From Sediminibacterium sp. (GTDB lineage Bacteria; Bacteroidota; Bacteroidia; Chitinophagales; Chitinophagaceae): 60,693 nt of DNA. Within the stretch, counting starts at the first letter, position 1. Every line of letters starts with the position of its first letter. The translations under genes and the position numbers were made by a program. The DNA is taken from assembly GCA_030158535.1 (NCBI GenBank), contig JAOASV010000130.1, forward strand, positions 1 to 60,693, read 5' to 3'. Shown in pieces: positions 39,509-49,666 of the stretch. The notes beneath the pieces are model-generated. The model was given only the letters and a program-made list of their open reading frames with translations. It was not told the DNA's origin and did not search any database.

Positions 39509-40045
39509 TTATTGTACCTGTTTACCAAGACTTTCAAAATGATCACCTAAACTAGTGAACATATCCTTAAATACTGGAATAACTTGACCAATTGTATCCA
39601 GCACTTTTGGTCCCCAAGGAGCAATATAGCTATAGGTTTTTGAAGCCGCCTTAGTCGTTTCGGTAATCAAATGAAGTTTGTCGCCATAAAAAAGAACAAC
39701 ACTCCAAATAGTCATATAAATAGCACCAAAAAGTAGAATGCCCGCAAGTTTATTGGCCCATCCAAGTAACACAAATTCGGCGGCTTTTTGAATCATACCA
39801 GCCACCAAACGGACAATGAGTGTAACGGCTATCATGATGATTAGAAACGATACAAAGGGAAGCCAACTTGCCGTTATGCCCGTGTCATGTCCAATTTTCG
39901 AAGCAACAACTGCTGAAAGTTTAGTAGCAGCAGTTAATCCAATAAGTAAGGCTGCAAAGGAAAATAAAGCAATGATAAAGCCCTTTGTGTAGCCTTTAAA
40001 AAGAGCTCCTATCAAAATGATTGCACAAATAATATCTAGTACCAC
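39509..40045 (-). CDS. cvpA: CvpA (colicin V production) family membrane protein
   Basis: LDII...GYTKGFI, LGWANKLAGILLFG; four TM segments. Confidence 0.82.
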   Translation of the reverse strand: MVLDIICAIILIGALFKGYTKGFIIALFSFAALLIGLTAATKLSAVVASKIGHDTGITASWLPFVSFLIIMIAVTLIVRLVAGMIQKAAEFVLLGWANKLAGILLFGAIYMTIWSVVLFYGDKLHLITETTKAASKTYSYIAPWGPKVLDTIGQVIPVFKDMFTSLGDHFESLGKQVQ

Positions 40046-40079
40046 GTTTTCTTTTTTGCGTTAAGTGAAGCTACAACAT

Positions 40080-40532
40080 TTAACCCAGCGCTGCTTTAAC
40101 TGCAGCGGCAACTGCTTTACCATCTGCTTGTCCAGCTAGTTGCTTTGATGCCACGCCCATCACTTTACCTAAATCCTGCGGCCCGGTTGCACCAACGGTT
40201 GCAATGATTTGCGCTACCGCATCTTTAATCGCTGCTTCATCAAGTTGCGCAGGCAAAAACTTTTCGATAACAGCAATTTCTTCGATTTCTTTTTGCGCTA
40301 AGTCTGCTCTATTTTGCTCTTGGTAAATGGTAAGCGAATCTTTTCTTGATTTTACTAATTTTTGTAAAAGCTTGAGTTCCACTTCTGCAGTTATTGAACC
40401 TCCAGCACCTGGATCTGTTTTTGCTTTTATGATTTCTGCCTTAATGGCGCGTAGCCCTCTTAATAACGCTTCATCTTTTGATTTCATAGCGTCTTTCATT
40501 TGCGCCATTACTTGTTCTTCTAAAGTTGCCAT
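40080..40532 (-). CDS. GatB/YqeY domain protein
   Basis: MKDAMKSKD, LRAIKA, FLPAQL, DLGKVMG, ADGK; start MATLEEQ at 40532. Confidence 0.92.
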   Translation of the reverse strand: MATLEEQVMAQMKDAMKSKDEALLRGLRAIKAEIIKAKTDPGAGGSITAEVELKLLQKLVKSRKDSLTIYQEQNRADLAQKEIEEIAVIEKFLPAQLDEAAIKDAVAQIIATVGATGPQDLGKVMGVASKQLAGQADGKAVAAAVKAALG

Positions 40533-40542
40533 AGTAGGGTAA

Positions 40543-40890
40543 TTATTTATTTTTTTGAATTTGACTGTCTCTAAATTTCTTGTAAAAAGATTTAGCAAAA
40601 TCTTTCATTTCATTAGCGAGAACCTGATCTTGAGTAGCTCTAATAAAAGTATCTGCCATACCCATAAAGGTTTGGTAGTAAAAATCAGCCATTTCATCGA
40701 CCATCATGTCTTTGGTCCACAAATCAATGCGGAGTGCAGATTTGTCTGCTGCATCCCAAAATGCAAGCATCATAGCTCTTGCTGATTGTGCCATATCAGC
40801 GGTGCTGTCCGATGCATTCCACTTGATATCCTGTGGCACTTTGTTTTCATCTAAATGAACTTCAATATTAATATTAGATTGACGCGTCAT
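40543..40890 (-). CDS. gldC: Gliding motility protein GldC
   Basis: LDENKVP..I.W, LRIDLWTKDMMVDEM..FYYQT. Confidence 0.9.
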   Translation of the reverse strand: MTRQSNINIEVHLDENKVPQDIKWNASDSTADMAQSARAMMLAFWDAADKSALRIDLWTKDMMVDEMADFYYQTFMGMADTFIRATQDQVLANEMKDFAKSFYKKFRDSQIQKNK

Positions 40891-40937
40891 GTACTAAGTT
40901 TTTGCAAAAATAAGCCTAAAGCATGTTATTGCTATAG

Positions 40938-42005
40938 CTATATCTCTTTAAATAAAGAAAGGGGTTGATTGAATTGGATATTTTGTAAGAATAATAGCCC
41001 GTTTTGAGCACGCTCACCTTTAATTTTTTCATTTTTATACACTAGAAGCAGGGCTTCTGCAATGCCTGTAGGCGTTGCCTCTGGATACATTGTAACCATC
41101 TCCTGCATTTGTACCATTGATGCAAACGCCGCTGATGCTATAACGGATACCCCCGCTTTTGCAGCTTCTAATGCTACTAAATAAGACGCCGGACGATGAT
41201 CCAATAAAACGGTAGCGTATGCACTTGAAAGAAGTTGATACCAGTTATGCACCGTAAGGCCAGCAGGAACCACTACCACATCGGCCCTGTACTTATAGGT
41301 GCGTAATTTTTCTTCTAAAAATGAACGCTGTAGGCCATTTGCGGGCACTAACAAGAGTTTCATATTACTATGTTGCCACTTTTTAAAAAGTGAAAAACCC
41401 TGTAATAGCTCAATACTACTTGCATTTTCCTGCGCCACCGATAAAAAGTATTCGGTACCACCAGCATGTGTACCCTTGTACATCTGCTGTAAATTGTAAT
41501 CAATCGGATAAATTTCGGAAGAAGGTGCAATAGAAATCCTGGCAATACTTTCTTTTTGAATGCCAAATTGTTCCTCTAATTGTTGCGCCGCCAAGGTTTC
41601 TACAACAAGCCACTGCTTTATCTTTTGAACCGATTTTTTAAAAAAATAACGCTCAAATTTGGATAGGTTTCCTTCAAACATACATTTTTGAGGGATGGCA
41701 GTACGCGCCGAATACCTACCGCTCAATTGCAACCACAGAGTGGGTTGTAGAGGATTTAGCAGTTTGGGTGCCGTTACTTCATACCAGATCTTTTCTGACA
41801 CAAAACTAGTTCGGTCATATTTTGTTTTGATCCAACTACAATTGGGTGCACCTACAAAACTAGTAGGTTGTGCAGTGTCAGAAAGTAATATAAATTGATG
41901 TTCTGGATGCGCATGAATTTCACCCTCCAGCCATTTCCAAATGAAACGACCGATGCTTGAAAAATTGGTATCTCTAATACCCACAATAGTGACTGCTATT
42001 TTCAT
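40938..42005 (-). CDS. Divergent GT-B (GT4-like) glycosyltransferase
   Basis: GT4-like layout (IGRF..., LLQGFSLFKKWQHSNMKL, LEAAKAGVSVIAS); catalytic EX7E motif degenerate; start MKIAV at 42005. Confidence 0.6.
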   Translation of the reverse strand: MKIAVTIVGIRDTNFSSIGRFIWKWLEGEIHAHPEHQFILLSDTAQPTSFVGAPNCSWIKTKYDRTSFVSEKIWYEVTAPKLLNPLQPTLWLQLSGRYSARTAIPQKCMFEGNLSKFERYFFKKSVQKIKQWLVVETLAAQQLEEQFGIQKESIARISIAPSSEIYPIDYNLQQMYKGTHAGGTEYFLSVAQENASSIELLQGFSLFKKWQHSNMKLLLVPANGLQRSFLEEKLRTYKYRADVVVVPAGLTVHNWYQLLSSAYATVLLDHRPASYLVALEAAKAGVSVIASAAFASMVQMQEMVTMYPEATPTGIAEALLLVYKNEKIKGERAQNGLLFLQNIQFNQPLSLFKEI

Positions 42006-42086
42006 GAATTGCAAAGATACTTACATCTTTTCCACGGAGGCACATTAGCGTGTCAAGAGCCTAAATACTTATCATACTTTTACAAC

Positions 42087-42791
42087 ATGCAACCTAAACT
42101 GCAACAGTTAGATTTATTTGGCGGCCCGGCACAAGATATTGGTGTGCCTAAAGAAAAAAAGAAAGCCAAGACCAAGCCAGTACCTGAACCGGTTTCACTT
42201 GTGGAAACGCCGGCTACGGTTGTGCCTGCGGCTGTTGTAAGCGCTCCCGCACCGGTTGTTATAGTGACTACTCCGGTAGAAGCATATGCCTCTGAAACAA
42301 GTTTTGTTGAACCAGTGGCGGCGAAGTTTACCAATGATGAACCTGAATATGTAGAAAGACCTAGACAGCCCCGCATCACCATTGAAAAGATTGCTGGCAA
42401 AAGAGGACGCAAATCCTACAGTGAAATAGATACCGAAATAGATTTAATAGAAATTCCGGACGAAAAAGTATTGTCTCAAAAATTATATTACACCATCAGC
42501 GAAGTAGCAAGTTGGTTTAAAGTAAACACTTCTTTACTGCGTTATTGGGAAAATGAATTTGATATTTTAAAGCCGCGCAAAACAAGAAAAGGCGACCGCT
42601 TATTTAGAGTAGAAGACATCAAAAATTTACAGATCATTTATTTTCTATTACGCCAAAAAAAGTATTCGATAGAAGGCGCAAGAACGTATTTGAAACAAAA
42701 TAAATCACAGGCCGACACACAGGCACAGCTCGTTCAAACCTTAACAAAGTTTAAAACTTTTTTACTAGAACTAAAAGCTGGGTTAAATTAA
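42087..42791 (+). CDS. MerR-like HTH protein with long N-terminal extension
   Basis: KLYYTISEVA..FKVNTSLLRYWENEF..LKPRKTRKGDRLF winged HTH; likely start MQPKLQQLDLF at 42087. Confidence 0.88.
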   Translation: MQPKLQQLDLFGGPAQDIGVPKEKKKAKTKPVPEPVSLVETPATVVPAAVVSAPAPVVIVTTPVEAYASETSFVEPVAAKFTNDEPEYVERPRQPRITIEKIAGKRGRKSYSEIDTEIDLIEIPDEKVLSQKLYYTISEVASWFKVNTSLLRYWENEFDILKPRKTRKGDRLFRVEDIKNLQIIYFLLRQKKYSIEGARTYLKQNKSQADTQAQLVQTLTKFKTFLLELKAGLN

Positions 42792-42799
42792 TATAGTAC

Positions 42800-43876
42800 T
42801 TAAGACTGCTTTACCACCACATCCGTACTAGATGCCGCAAGTTCAATTTTGTGGGATTCTAATAGTTCAATCAGTGCCATATTAATTTTTTCTCGAAGCA
42901 TTAAATAGTCTTCATAATCATCTGCGGCGGATGAAAAATATTCTATCATTACAATGTGCGCATGCTTTCCTGTATCGTGTAAATAAACATGAAAACTATC
43001 TATTTGCTGACTACTTAAATAACTACGCATTGCCGCTAATAAAGTAGAAAGCGTACTTGCAGAAGCGCTTAACGAAAGTTCTAATTGCAATTCTGTTTTG
43101 CGCTGTGTACGCAAACTAATATTGTCAACGATGGTATCAACCATTTGCTTATTGGGAACAGAAATATATGTTTTTTCATTGGTACGAATACGTGTGCTGC
43201 GTAGTCCAATTTTTTCTATGGTGCCCGTAAATCCATTTACTTTTACCTGCTCACCAACCGTAAACGGCTTATCAAAAAAGATAATAAAGGAAGCAATTAA
43301 ATTTTCCATACTCTCTCTCGTAGCAAGGGCTACAGCGGCACCCACTAAACTTAAGCCTGTTAAAATGCTACCTATGTTTTTATTGAAAGAGAACTTTAAC
43401 ACAAGTAGTACCCCAATAATGATTAGAATTACTTTAAAGAAGTCTTTAAAGAAAATGATGAGTTGATTGTCTTGTTGGTCTTTGGTGACATTGGCGCGCT
43501 CTTCTAAAACCATTGCCATAAAATCAATAACACGAAGACATAACCAAATAAACACCACAACCAAAGCACCATTCATGAGTGCATCTAAAATTTGCCTCGT
43601 ATTTGTTTTATAAACCGAGAATTCAAAAGCAGCCGGAAACTTTAGTTTATCAATAGCAATCATTGAGATGGTCAATAATAAATACGTACCAAGTGGTTGC
43701 ACCACTAAATCCAAAAAAGATTGCTTGGGTAAATTGTGCTTACTATTGGTGATCAGTTTAAAAAGCTTACTCGCTAAAAATTTAGAAATAAGTTTTTTGA
43801 AAATCAATGTAATTAGTATGGTGCCTATAACTATAAGATAAGCCTGCACCGTATTATCTAATATTTTTAGTTCCAT
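42800..43876 (-). CDS. MscS family mechanosensitive channel
   Basis: FDKPFTVGE, GTIEKIGLRSTRIRT, VPNK. Confidence 0.92.
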   Translation of the reverse strand: MELKILDNTVQAYLIVIGTILITLIFKKLISKFLASKLFKLITNSKHNLPKQSFLDLVVQPLGTYLLLTISMIAIDKLKFPAAFEFSVYKTNTRQILDALMNGALVVVFIWLCLRVIDFMAMVLEERANVTKDQQDNQLIIFFKDFFKVILIIIGVLLVLKFSFNKNIGSILTGLSLVGAAVALATRESMENLIASFIIFFDKPFTVGEQVKVNGFTGTIEKIGLRSTRIRTNEKTYISVPNKQMVDTIVDNISLRTQRKTELQLELSLSASASTLSTLLAAMRSYLSSQQIDSFHVYLHDTGKHAHIVMIEYFSSAADDYEDYLMLREKINMALIELLESHKIELAASSTDVVVKQS

Positions 43877-44631
43877 ATATCAATTTCCATTTTTTCGCCA
43901 TCAAAACTAGCGTACGTGAAATTATGAATCCAATCGCCTAAATTAATATAATGACTGTTTCCAATCGTTAAATCAAGTGGAAAATGTCGATGACCAAAAA
44001 TCAAATAATCGTAATGCTTTTTTTGTAAAATTTCTTTGCTGTAACAAATAAGCCATTCGTTTTCTTCGCCTAAAAATACCGCATCTGCATTGCCTGTTTT
44101 GGCCCTGCTTTTACGGCTAAAATAATTGGCAAGTGCAATACCCGCGTCTGGATGCATCCACTTAAACAACCATTTACAAAAAGGATTGGTAAATATTTTT
44201 TTGATGAACTTATAACCAGCGTCGCCAGGACCTAAACCATCGCCATGCGCGATATAACAGTCTTTATCGTTAAACTTAAATGCTTGTGGCTCATGGTATA
44301 CTTTACAGCCTAGTTCATTTTCAAAATAACCACGCATCCATAAGTCGTGATTGCCGGTAAACACGTGTACCGGAATCCCTTTATCGGTGAGTTTAGCGAT
44401 TTGCCCAAGTAAGCGTACAAAACCTTTGGGCACAACATGATCGTATTCAAACCAAAAGTCAAATATATCGCCCACAATAAAAACAGCTGCTGCGCTATCC
44501 TCTATAGATTGTAAAAAGGCAACTACTTTTTTTTCACGTTCCAAACTAGCACTGTAATTAGGTGCTCCCAAATGAAAATCGGAGAGCAAATAAATTTTAC
44601 GGCTAGAAGATGCATGAATAGTAGCTGTCAT
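43867..44631 (-). CDS. lpxH: UDP-2,3-diacylglucosamine diphosphatase
   Basis: SDFHLG, GDIFDFW, GNHD, HGD, GHRH, NLGDW. Confidence 0.85.
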   Translation of the reverse strand: MTATIHASSSRKIYLLSDFHLGAPNYSASLEREKKVVAFLQSIEDSAAAVFIVGDIFDFWFEYDHVVPKGFVRLLGQIAKLTDKGIPVHVFTGNHDLWMRGYFENELGCKVYHEPQAFKFNDKDCYIAHGDGLGPGDAGYKFIKKIFTNPFCKWLFKWMHPDAGIALANYFSRKSRAKTGNADAVFLGEENEWLICYSKEILQKKHYDYLIFGHRHFPLDLTIGNSHYINLGDWIHNFTYASFDGEKMEIDIWN

Positions 44632-44636
44632 GTGTT

Positions 44637-45275
44637 TTATTTATTTCTGTCTACTAAAAAACAGTACACTTCTTTAGGACCATGCACACCTACAACCAGT
44701 GTTTTTTCAATATCTGCTGTTCTACTAGGACCACTTGCAAGCGTAATTAATGAAGGCAACTGATTGCCATAATGTTTGGTAATAGCTTGTAAACCATCTG
44801 AAATATCATACACCACTTGATCGGTGTAAGCGATACAAATATGAATAGGTGCATACACACTCACAGTTCTCCCACTCTCTTGTCCCGCAGAAAGTATCAT
44901 ACTTCCGGTTCTGGCAATTAAATGATCACAACTTGTTATAGCCGCATCACAATATTCTAAATCTTCAGATTGCATGCCACCAAAGCCCGCTTTGGTGAGC
45001 ATTTCAATTAAGGCATTTTCGCGGCAATAGGTTTGCTTCCAATTGCGCTGAATAAAAAGCATGCTTAACTGCGATGCGAGTTCTTTTTCACTGGCACAAA
45101 ATGCAAACTTACCTTGCAAGCCAGAAAAGTTTTCGGCAAACAATACCGACAGGTCTTCTTTGGTGGTTGGGTATGTTGTTGAAACCGAATCAACCGCCGA
45201 AAATGGCACAGGCACTGGCTTCGCCAGTGCCTGTTTTATCTTTTGTAAAATATTTTCTCTTGCGCTTTTAGCCAT
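44637..45275 (-). CDS. LUD domain protein (LutC/YkgG family)
   Basis: IARTGS, SGPSRTADIEKTLVVGVHGP; start MAKSARENIL at 45275. Confidence 0.88.
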   Translation of the reverse strand: MAKSARENILQKIKQALAKPVPVPFSAVDSVSTTYPTTKEDLSVLFAENFSGLQGKFAFCASEKELASQLSMLFIQRNWKQTYCRENALIEMLTKAGFGGMQSEDLEYCDAAITSCDHLIARTGSMILSAGQESGRTVSVYAPIHICIAYTDQVVYDISDGLQAITKHYGNQLPSLITLASGPSRTADIEKTLVVGVHGPKEVYCFLVDRNK

Positions 45276-45285
45276 CCTTCTACGA

Positions 45286-47331
45286 TTAAATAGATTCTTC
45301 TGTTGATGTTTGATCGTCTGACACAGCAGGCGCTTCAGGTGCAGCTTGCTCATCTGGAACTACTTCTACTTCTACTACCTTTTTTTCTTCGAAAGGTCTT
45401 TTACCAATTAATACTTCTACATCAGATTTATGCAACACTTCTTTTGCAAGTAATTCTTTTGCTAAAATTTCAACGGCTTCTTTTTTATCACGAAGTAATT
45501 GAAGTGTGCGCTGGTATGCTTCTTCAATAATGCCGCGCACTTCATGATCAATAATTTTTCCGGTTTCTTCGCTGTATGGTTTGGTAAAGGTATTTTCTTG
45601 TGAAGGATCATAGTAGCTTACGTTACCTACTTTGCTATTCATACCGTATGCAGTAACCATACTGTATGCAATACGTGTAATTTGTTGTAAGTCGTTGGAT
45701 GCACCCGTAGAAATTTTTCCAAAGAATATTTCTTCTGCAGCTCTACCGCCAAGTGTCATACAAATTTGATCCATTAACTGATCGGTATTGTAGAGGTACT
45801 GCTCGGTTGGTGTGTACTGTGCATATCCAAGTGCTGCCGTACCACGAGGCACAATCGTTACTTTTAAAAGCGGATACGCATGTTCTAAAAACCAACCACA
45901 AACGGCATGACCTGCTTCGTGGTAAGCAATAATAGATTTTTCGTGCGGTGCTATAATTTTATTTTTCTTTTCAAGACCACCAATAACACGGTCAATGGCA
46001 TCTTGGAAGTCAATCATTTCTACCGACTCTTTTCCTTTTCTTGCAGCAATTAATGCGGCTTCGTTACATACGTTTGCGATATCAGCACCAGCAAATCCAG
46101 GTGTTTGTTCTGCTAGTTTATGCAAATCAAGTGCTTCAGAAATTTTAATAGGCTCAAGGTGCACTTTAAATATTTCTTCTCTTCCTTTTACATCTGGTTT
46201 GTCAATTGAAATTTGACGATCAAAACGTCCTGGTCTTAATAGGGCGCTATCTAATACGTCAGGACGGTTAGTAGCAGCTAAAATAATAATGCCCGTGTCG
46301 CCACCAAAACCATCCATTTCAACAAGTAGTTGGTTTAAAGTATTTTCACGCTCATCGTTACTCATCATGGCGTTTTTACCACGTGCGCGTCCAATTGCAT
46401 CGATCTCATCAATAAAAATGATACAAGGTGCTTTTTCTCTTGCTTGCTTGAATAAATCACGCACACGACTTGCACCCACACCCACAAACATTTCAACAAA
46501 ATCAGATCCACTTAAACTAAAGAAAGGAACCTGCGCTTCACCCGCCATTGCTTTTGCAAGCAAGGTTTTACCCGTACCCGGAGGGCCCACTAGTAATGCA
46601 CCTTTTGGAATTTTACCACCAAGTGCTGTATATTTTTTTGGATTTTTTAAGAAGTCAACAATCTCCATCACTTCCACTTTTGCTTCGTCTAGTCCAGCAA
46701 CGTCTCCAAAATTGATATTTACTTTAGCGCCTTTATCAAATAAAGTAGCTTTTGATTTTCCAATATTAAATATACCGCCAGCACCACCGCCTGGACCACC
46801 AGCACCGCCGCCCATTTTACGCATAAGTAGTAACCAAACCACTACAATAATTACAAGCGTAAAAATGGATTGAAGTACGCCGCCCATCCAATCTGCAGCT
46901 TTTACAATATCTCTTTTAACTTCTGGTAACTGATGTTGCTCTGTAAATTTTTGAAGATTCTCATCAAAAGATTTCCAATCCAACACTTCGAAAACAAATA
47001 AAGGTGCACCCTTTACTTTTTCTTTAGGCAACACCACGCCAAATTTTTTAACGTAGAATTCTTTTTTAAGACTATCGCCGTTAATATATACCTGCACTTC
47101 ATCTTTGTTTTTTACAAAATCAAGTTTGGTTACATCACCTGCTAATAGCATTTGTTGTTTGAACTCTTGCTCCGTTGTCTTTTTTAACTCCGGCGAAAAG
47201 TTCATGATTTGAGAAACTAATAAACCAACAATCACAACGCCATAAATCCAATAAATATTGAACTTAGGACCTTTCTTGCCGCCTTTTCCTTTCTCCTGAA
47301 AATTAAATTTTGGTTGCTTCTCTTCTGACAT
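45286..47331 (-). CDS. ftsH: ATP-dependent zinc metalloprotease FtsH
   Basis: [39 protein letters not shown]; start MSEEKQ at 47331. Confidence 0.97.
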   Translation of the reverse strand: MSEEKQPKFNFQEKGKGGKKGPKFNIYWIYGVVIVGLLVSQIMNFSPELKKTTEQEFKQQMLLAGDVTKLDFVKNKDEVQVYINGDSLKKEFYVKKFGVVLPKEKVKGAPLFVFEVLDWKSFDENLQKFTEQHQLPEVKRDIVKAADWMGGVLQSIFTLVIIVVVWLLLMRKMGGGAGGPGGGAGGIFNIGKSKATLFDKGAKVNINFGDVAGLDEAKVEVMEIVDFLKNPKKYTALGGKIPKGALLVGPPGTGKTLLAKAMAGEAQVPFFSLSGSDFVEMFVGVGASRVRDLFKQAREKAPCIIFIDEIDAIGRARGKNAMMSNDERENTLNQLLVEMDGFGGDTGIIILAATNRPDVLDSALLRPGRFDRQISIDKPDVKGREEIFKVHLEPIKISEALDLHKLAEQTPGFAGADIANVCNEAALIAARKGKESVEMIDFQDAIDRVIGGLEKKNKIIAPHEKSIIAYHEAGHAVCGWFLEHAYPLLKVTIVPRGTAALGYAQYTPTEQYLYNTDQLMDQICMTLGGRAAEEIFFGKISTGASNDLQQITRIAYSMVTAYGMNSKVGNVSYYDPSQENTFTKPYSEETGKIIDHEVRGIIEEAYQRTLQLLRDKKEAVEILAKELLAKEVLHKSDVEVLIGKRPFEEKKVVEVEVVPDEQAAPEAPAVSDDQTSTEESI

Positions 47332-47341
47332 ATACTTTCTA

Positions 47342-47746
47342 TTATTCGTGGATTTGTGATACAGCATCACTCCACATTTCTTCTAATTTATAAAATTCTC
47401 TTGCTTCCGGATGCATCACGTGCACTACTACATTCACATAATCAATGATTACCCATTGCAATGCTTTACGTCCTTCGTGTTTATATGGATTTTCGCCGCA
47501 GGCCTGTTTTACCTCATCTTCGATGTGGTCAGCAATAGCACGCACTTGTGTGGTACTGGATGCTTGACATACAATAAAAAAGTCGGCAGCAGCTTCTTCA
47601 ATTTTGCGTAAATCTAAACTTACAACATGCTCACCTTTTTTATCTAGAATGGCATTAATGATGGTTTTTAGAATTTTAGAGCTCTTGGTTAATCGGGTAA
47701 TCGTACTTTTTGGTCGATTTTTTAATACAGAAAGGGGTTCCAACAA
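47342..47746 (-). CDS. rsfS: Ribosome silencing factor
   Basis: DKKGE, DFFIVC.ASSTTQV.AI, WVIIDY..VVVHVM, FYKLEEMW. Confidence 0.93.
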   Translation of the reverse strand: MLEPLSVLKNRPKSTITRLTKSSKILKTIINAILDKKGEHVVSLDLRKIEEAAADFFIVCQASSTTQVRAIADHIEDEVKQACGENPYKHEGRKALQWVIIDYVNVVVHVMHPEAREFYKLEEMWSDAVSQIHE

Positions 47747-47816
47747 TACAGTTATTTAGTGATTAATAATTTGATTTAGACGTAGCTCTTGTAACTTCGT
47801 CAAAAATACTAATTCT

Positions 47817-48593
47817 TTGGCTTCAGCAGGCTTAAATACACCCATCGGTTTACCATTTACAGAATTAACTGAAGTGGATAGTACCAACATCTATGCCATG
47901 AACCAAGTTAAGACAAACTTGGCTGGGCACGGCGCTGCTTTTCTAGCCCAAAAACAATGGGCAGGAAAGGGCCAAATGGGTAAGGTTTGGGAGGCCCAAA
48001 GTGGTCAAAACATACTATTATCGGTGGTTTTGGACCCTAAAAAGCTTGTTTTTAACGGTTCAGCGCTTGAGCCCTCCATTGTTAGCATGCTTGTAGCGGT
48101 TGGATGTTTTAACTTTTTTATTACATATGCCGGTGACGAAACGCGCATTAAGTGGCCCAATGATATTTACTGGCGTGACAGAAAGGCAGCAGGTATTTTA
48201 ATTGAAAATAGCTTTAGGGGACCGATCTGGCAGTGGAGTATTGCAGGTATGGGCGTAAATATCAACCAAACAAGTTTTGGACCCGAGTTAAACAAAGCCG
48301 TTTCACTCAAACAAATAACGGGCAAAACGCATGCAGTTAAAGATCTTGCAGTTCAGTTATGCGGATGTATTGAGGAGGCATTAGATATACTAGTAACCCA
48401 GGGGCCTGATGCTCTAATTGCGCTTTACAACAATGCGCTTTATAAAAAAGGAGAACTTGTAACAGTAGCTGTAAACGAAGTAATAAAAACTGTTACCATT
48501 TGCAGGGTATTGCCAAATGGATATTTAGAAATTGAAAACGAAAATGGTACCAAAGAATCTGTTGCACTTGGCGCCGTAAAGTGGTTATCATAA
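47817..48593 (+). CDS. birA: Biotin--[acetyl-CoA-carboxylase] ligase (no HTH)
   Basis: DSTN, QWAGKGQMGKVW, IKWPNDI, KAAGILIE, GVNIN. Confidence 0.92.
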   Translation: MASAGLNTPIGLPFTELTEVDSTNIYAMNQVKTNLAGHGAAFLAQKQWAGKGQMGKVWEAQSGQNILLSVVLDPKKLVFNGSALEPSIVSMLVAVGCFNFFITYAGDETRIKWPNDIYWRDRKAAGILIENSFRGPIWQWSIAGMGVNINQTSFGPELNKAVSLKQITGKTHAVKDLAVQLCGCIEEALDILVTQGPDALIALYNNALYKKGELVTVAVNEVIKTVTICRVLPNGYLEIENENGTKESVALGAVKWLS

Positions 48594-48607
48594 AATAAAA
48601 AAATAAG

Positions 48608-49663
48608 ATGGTTTCAACAATAAAATTGACACAGTTTTCTCATGGCGCAGGTTGCGGATGTAAAATTGCACCAGCGGTATTAGAAACTATTTTAGCTTCT
48701 TCCCTTCCAAAAATTGAACATAAAAATTTACTGGTAGGTTACGGAAGTAAAGATGACGCGGCTGCTTATGATATGGGAAACGGTCAAGCTATTATTAGCA
48801 CCACCGATTTTTTTACACCCATTGTAGATGATGCTGTAGCCTTTGGAAAAATTGCGAGTGCCAATGCTATTAGTGATGTGTATGCGATGGGCGGTAAGCC
48901 GCTCATGGCTATTGCAATACTGGGTTGGCCCGTTAATACATTACCTGCAGCCCTTGCAGCAGAAGTGTTAGAGGGCGCTCGAAGCATTTGTGCAGAAGCA
49001 GGTATTCCACTTGCCGGTGGTCATAGTATTGATAGCACCGAACCCATTTTTGGATTAGCTGTAACAGGCATTACACCTATTGCAAATCTCAAAAAAAACA
49101 ATACTGCAAAACAGGGTGATGTACTTTTTGTTACAAAACCAATTGGTGTGGGCATACTAGCAACCGCACAAAAAAGAGACGCACTAGAGCCAGAAGATCT
49201 TGCACCATTTATAGATCAGTTAACAACACTTAATAAAGTAGGTGAAATACTGGGCGGCATACCTGAAGTGCACGCACTCACTGATATCACTGGGTTTGGA
49301 CTACTTGGCCATCTGATAGAAATGGCTGAAGGCAGTGAACTTTCTGCGCATATTTTTTATTCTAAAATAAAAATGATAGAAGCTGCTAAAAAATATTTAG
49401 CACAGCGCATGGTGCCAGATGCTACGTACCGAAACTGGAATAGTTACAGCACAAAAACAAGTTTTGATCCGGGCGTTAATGTAATGGAAGCATTTAGCAT
49501 GTTACCAGATCCACAAACCAATGGAGGCTTACTTGTTGCAGTAGATCCTACCGCTGTAGACATCATTAAAGATGTATTTACTAAGCATGGACTTACTGGT
49601 TTTATAGAACCTATTGGTGTATTTGAGGCAGTAGGCGATAAAGTAGTGGTGGTAAAAAACTAA
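48608..49663 (+). CDS. selD: Selenide, water dikinase (Cys form)
   Basis: HGAGCGCKI, DDAA, TTDFFTP, NAISDVYAMGG, GGHS, TDITGFGLLGH, DPQTNGGLL. Confidence 0.95.
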   Translation: MVSTIKLTQFSHGAGCGCKIAPAVLETILASSLPKIEHKNLLVGYGSKDDAAAYDMGNGQAIISTTDFFTPIVDDAVAFGKIASANAISDVYAMGGKPLMAIAILGWPVNTLPAALAAEVLEGARSICAEAGIPLAGGHSIDSTEPIFGLAVTGITPIANLKKNNTAKQGDVLFVTKPIGVGILATAQKRDALEPEDLAPFIDQLTTLNKVGEILGGIPEVHALTDITGFGLLGHLIEMAEGSELSAHIFYSKIKMIEAAKKYLAQRMVPDATYRNWNSYSTKTSFDPGVNVMEAFSMLPDPQTNGGLLVAVDPTAVDIIKDVFTKHGLTGFIEPIGVFEAVGDKVVVVKN

Positions 49664-49666
49664 GCG

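Noticed and set aside
44637-45275. Lactate utilisation operon
   Set aside because: Only a lone LUD/LutC-like gene behind ftsH; no lutA or lutB
46289-46873. 194-aa plus-strand ORF and similar antisense ORFs (e.g. 4713-5210, 38158-38586, 24695-25051)
   Set aside because: Shadow frames antisense to well-conserved genes, with no recognisable motifs or expression signals
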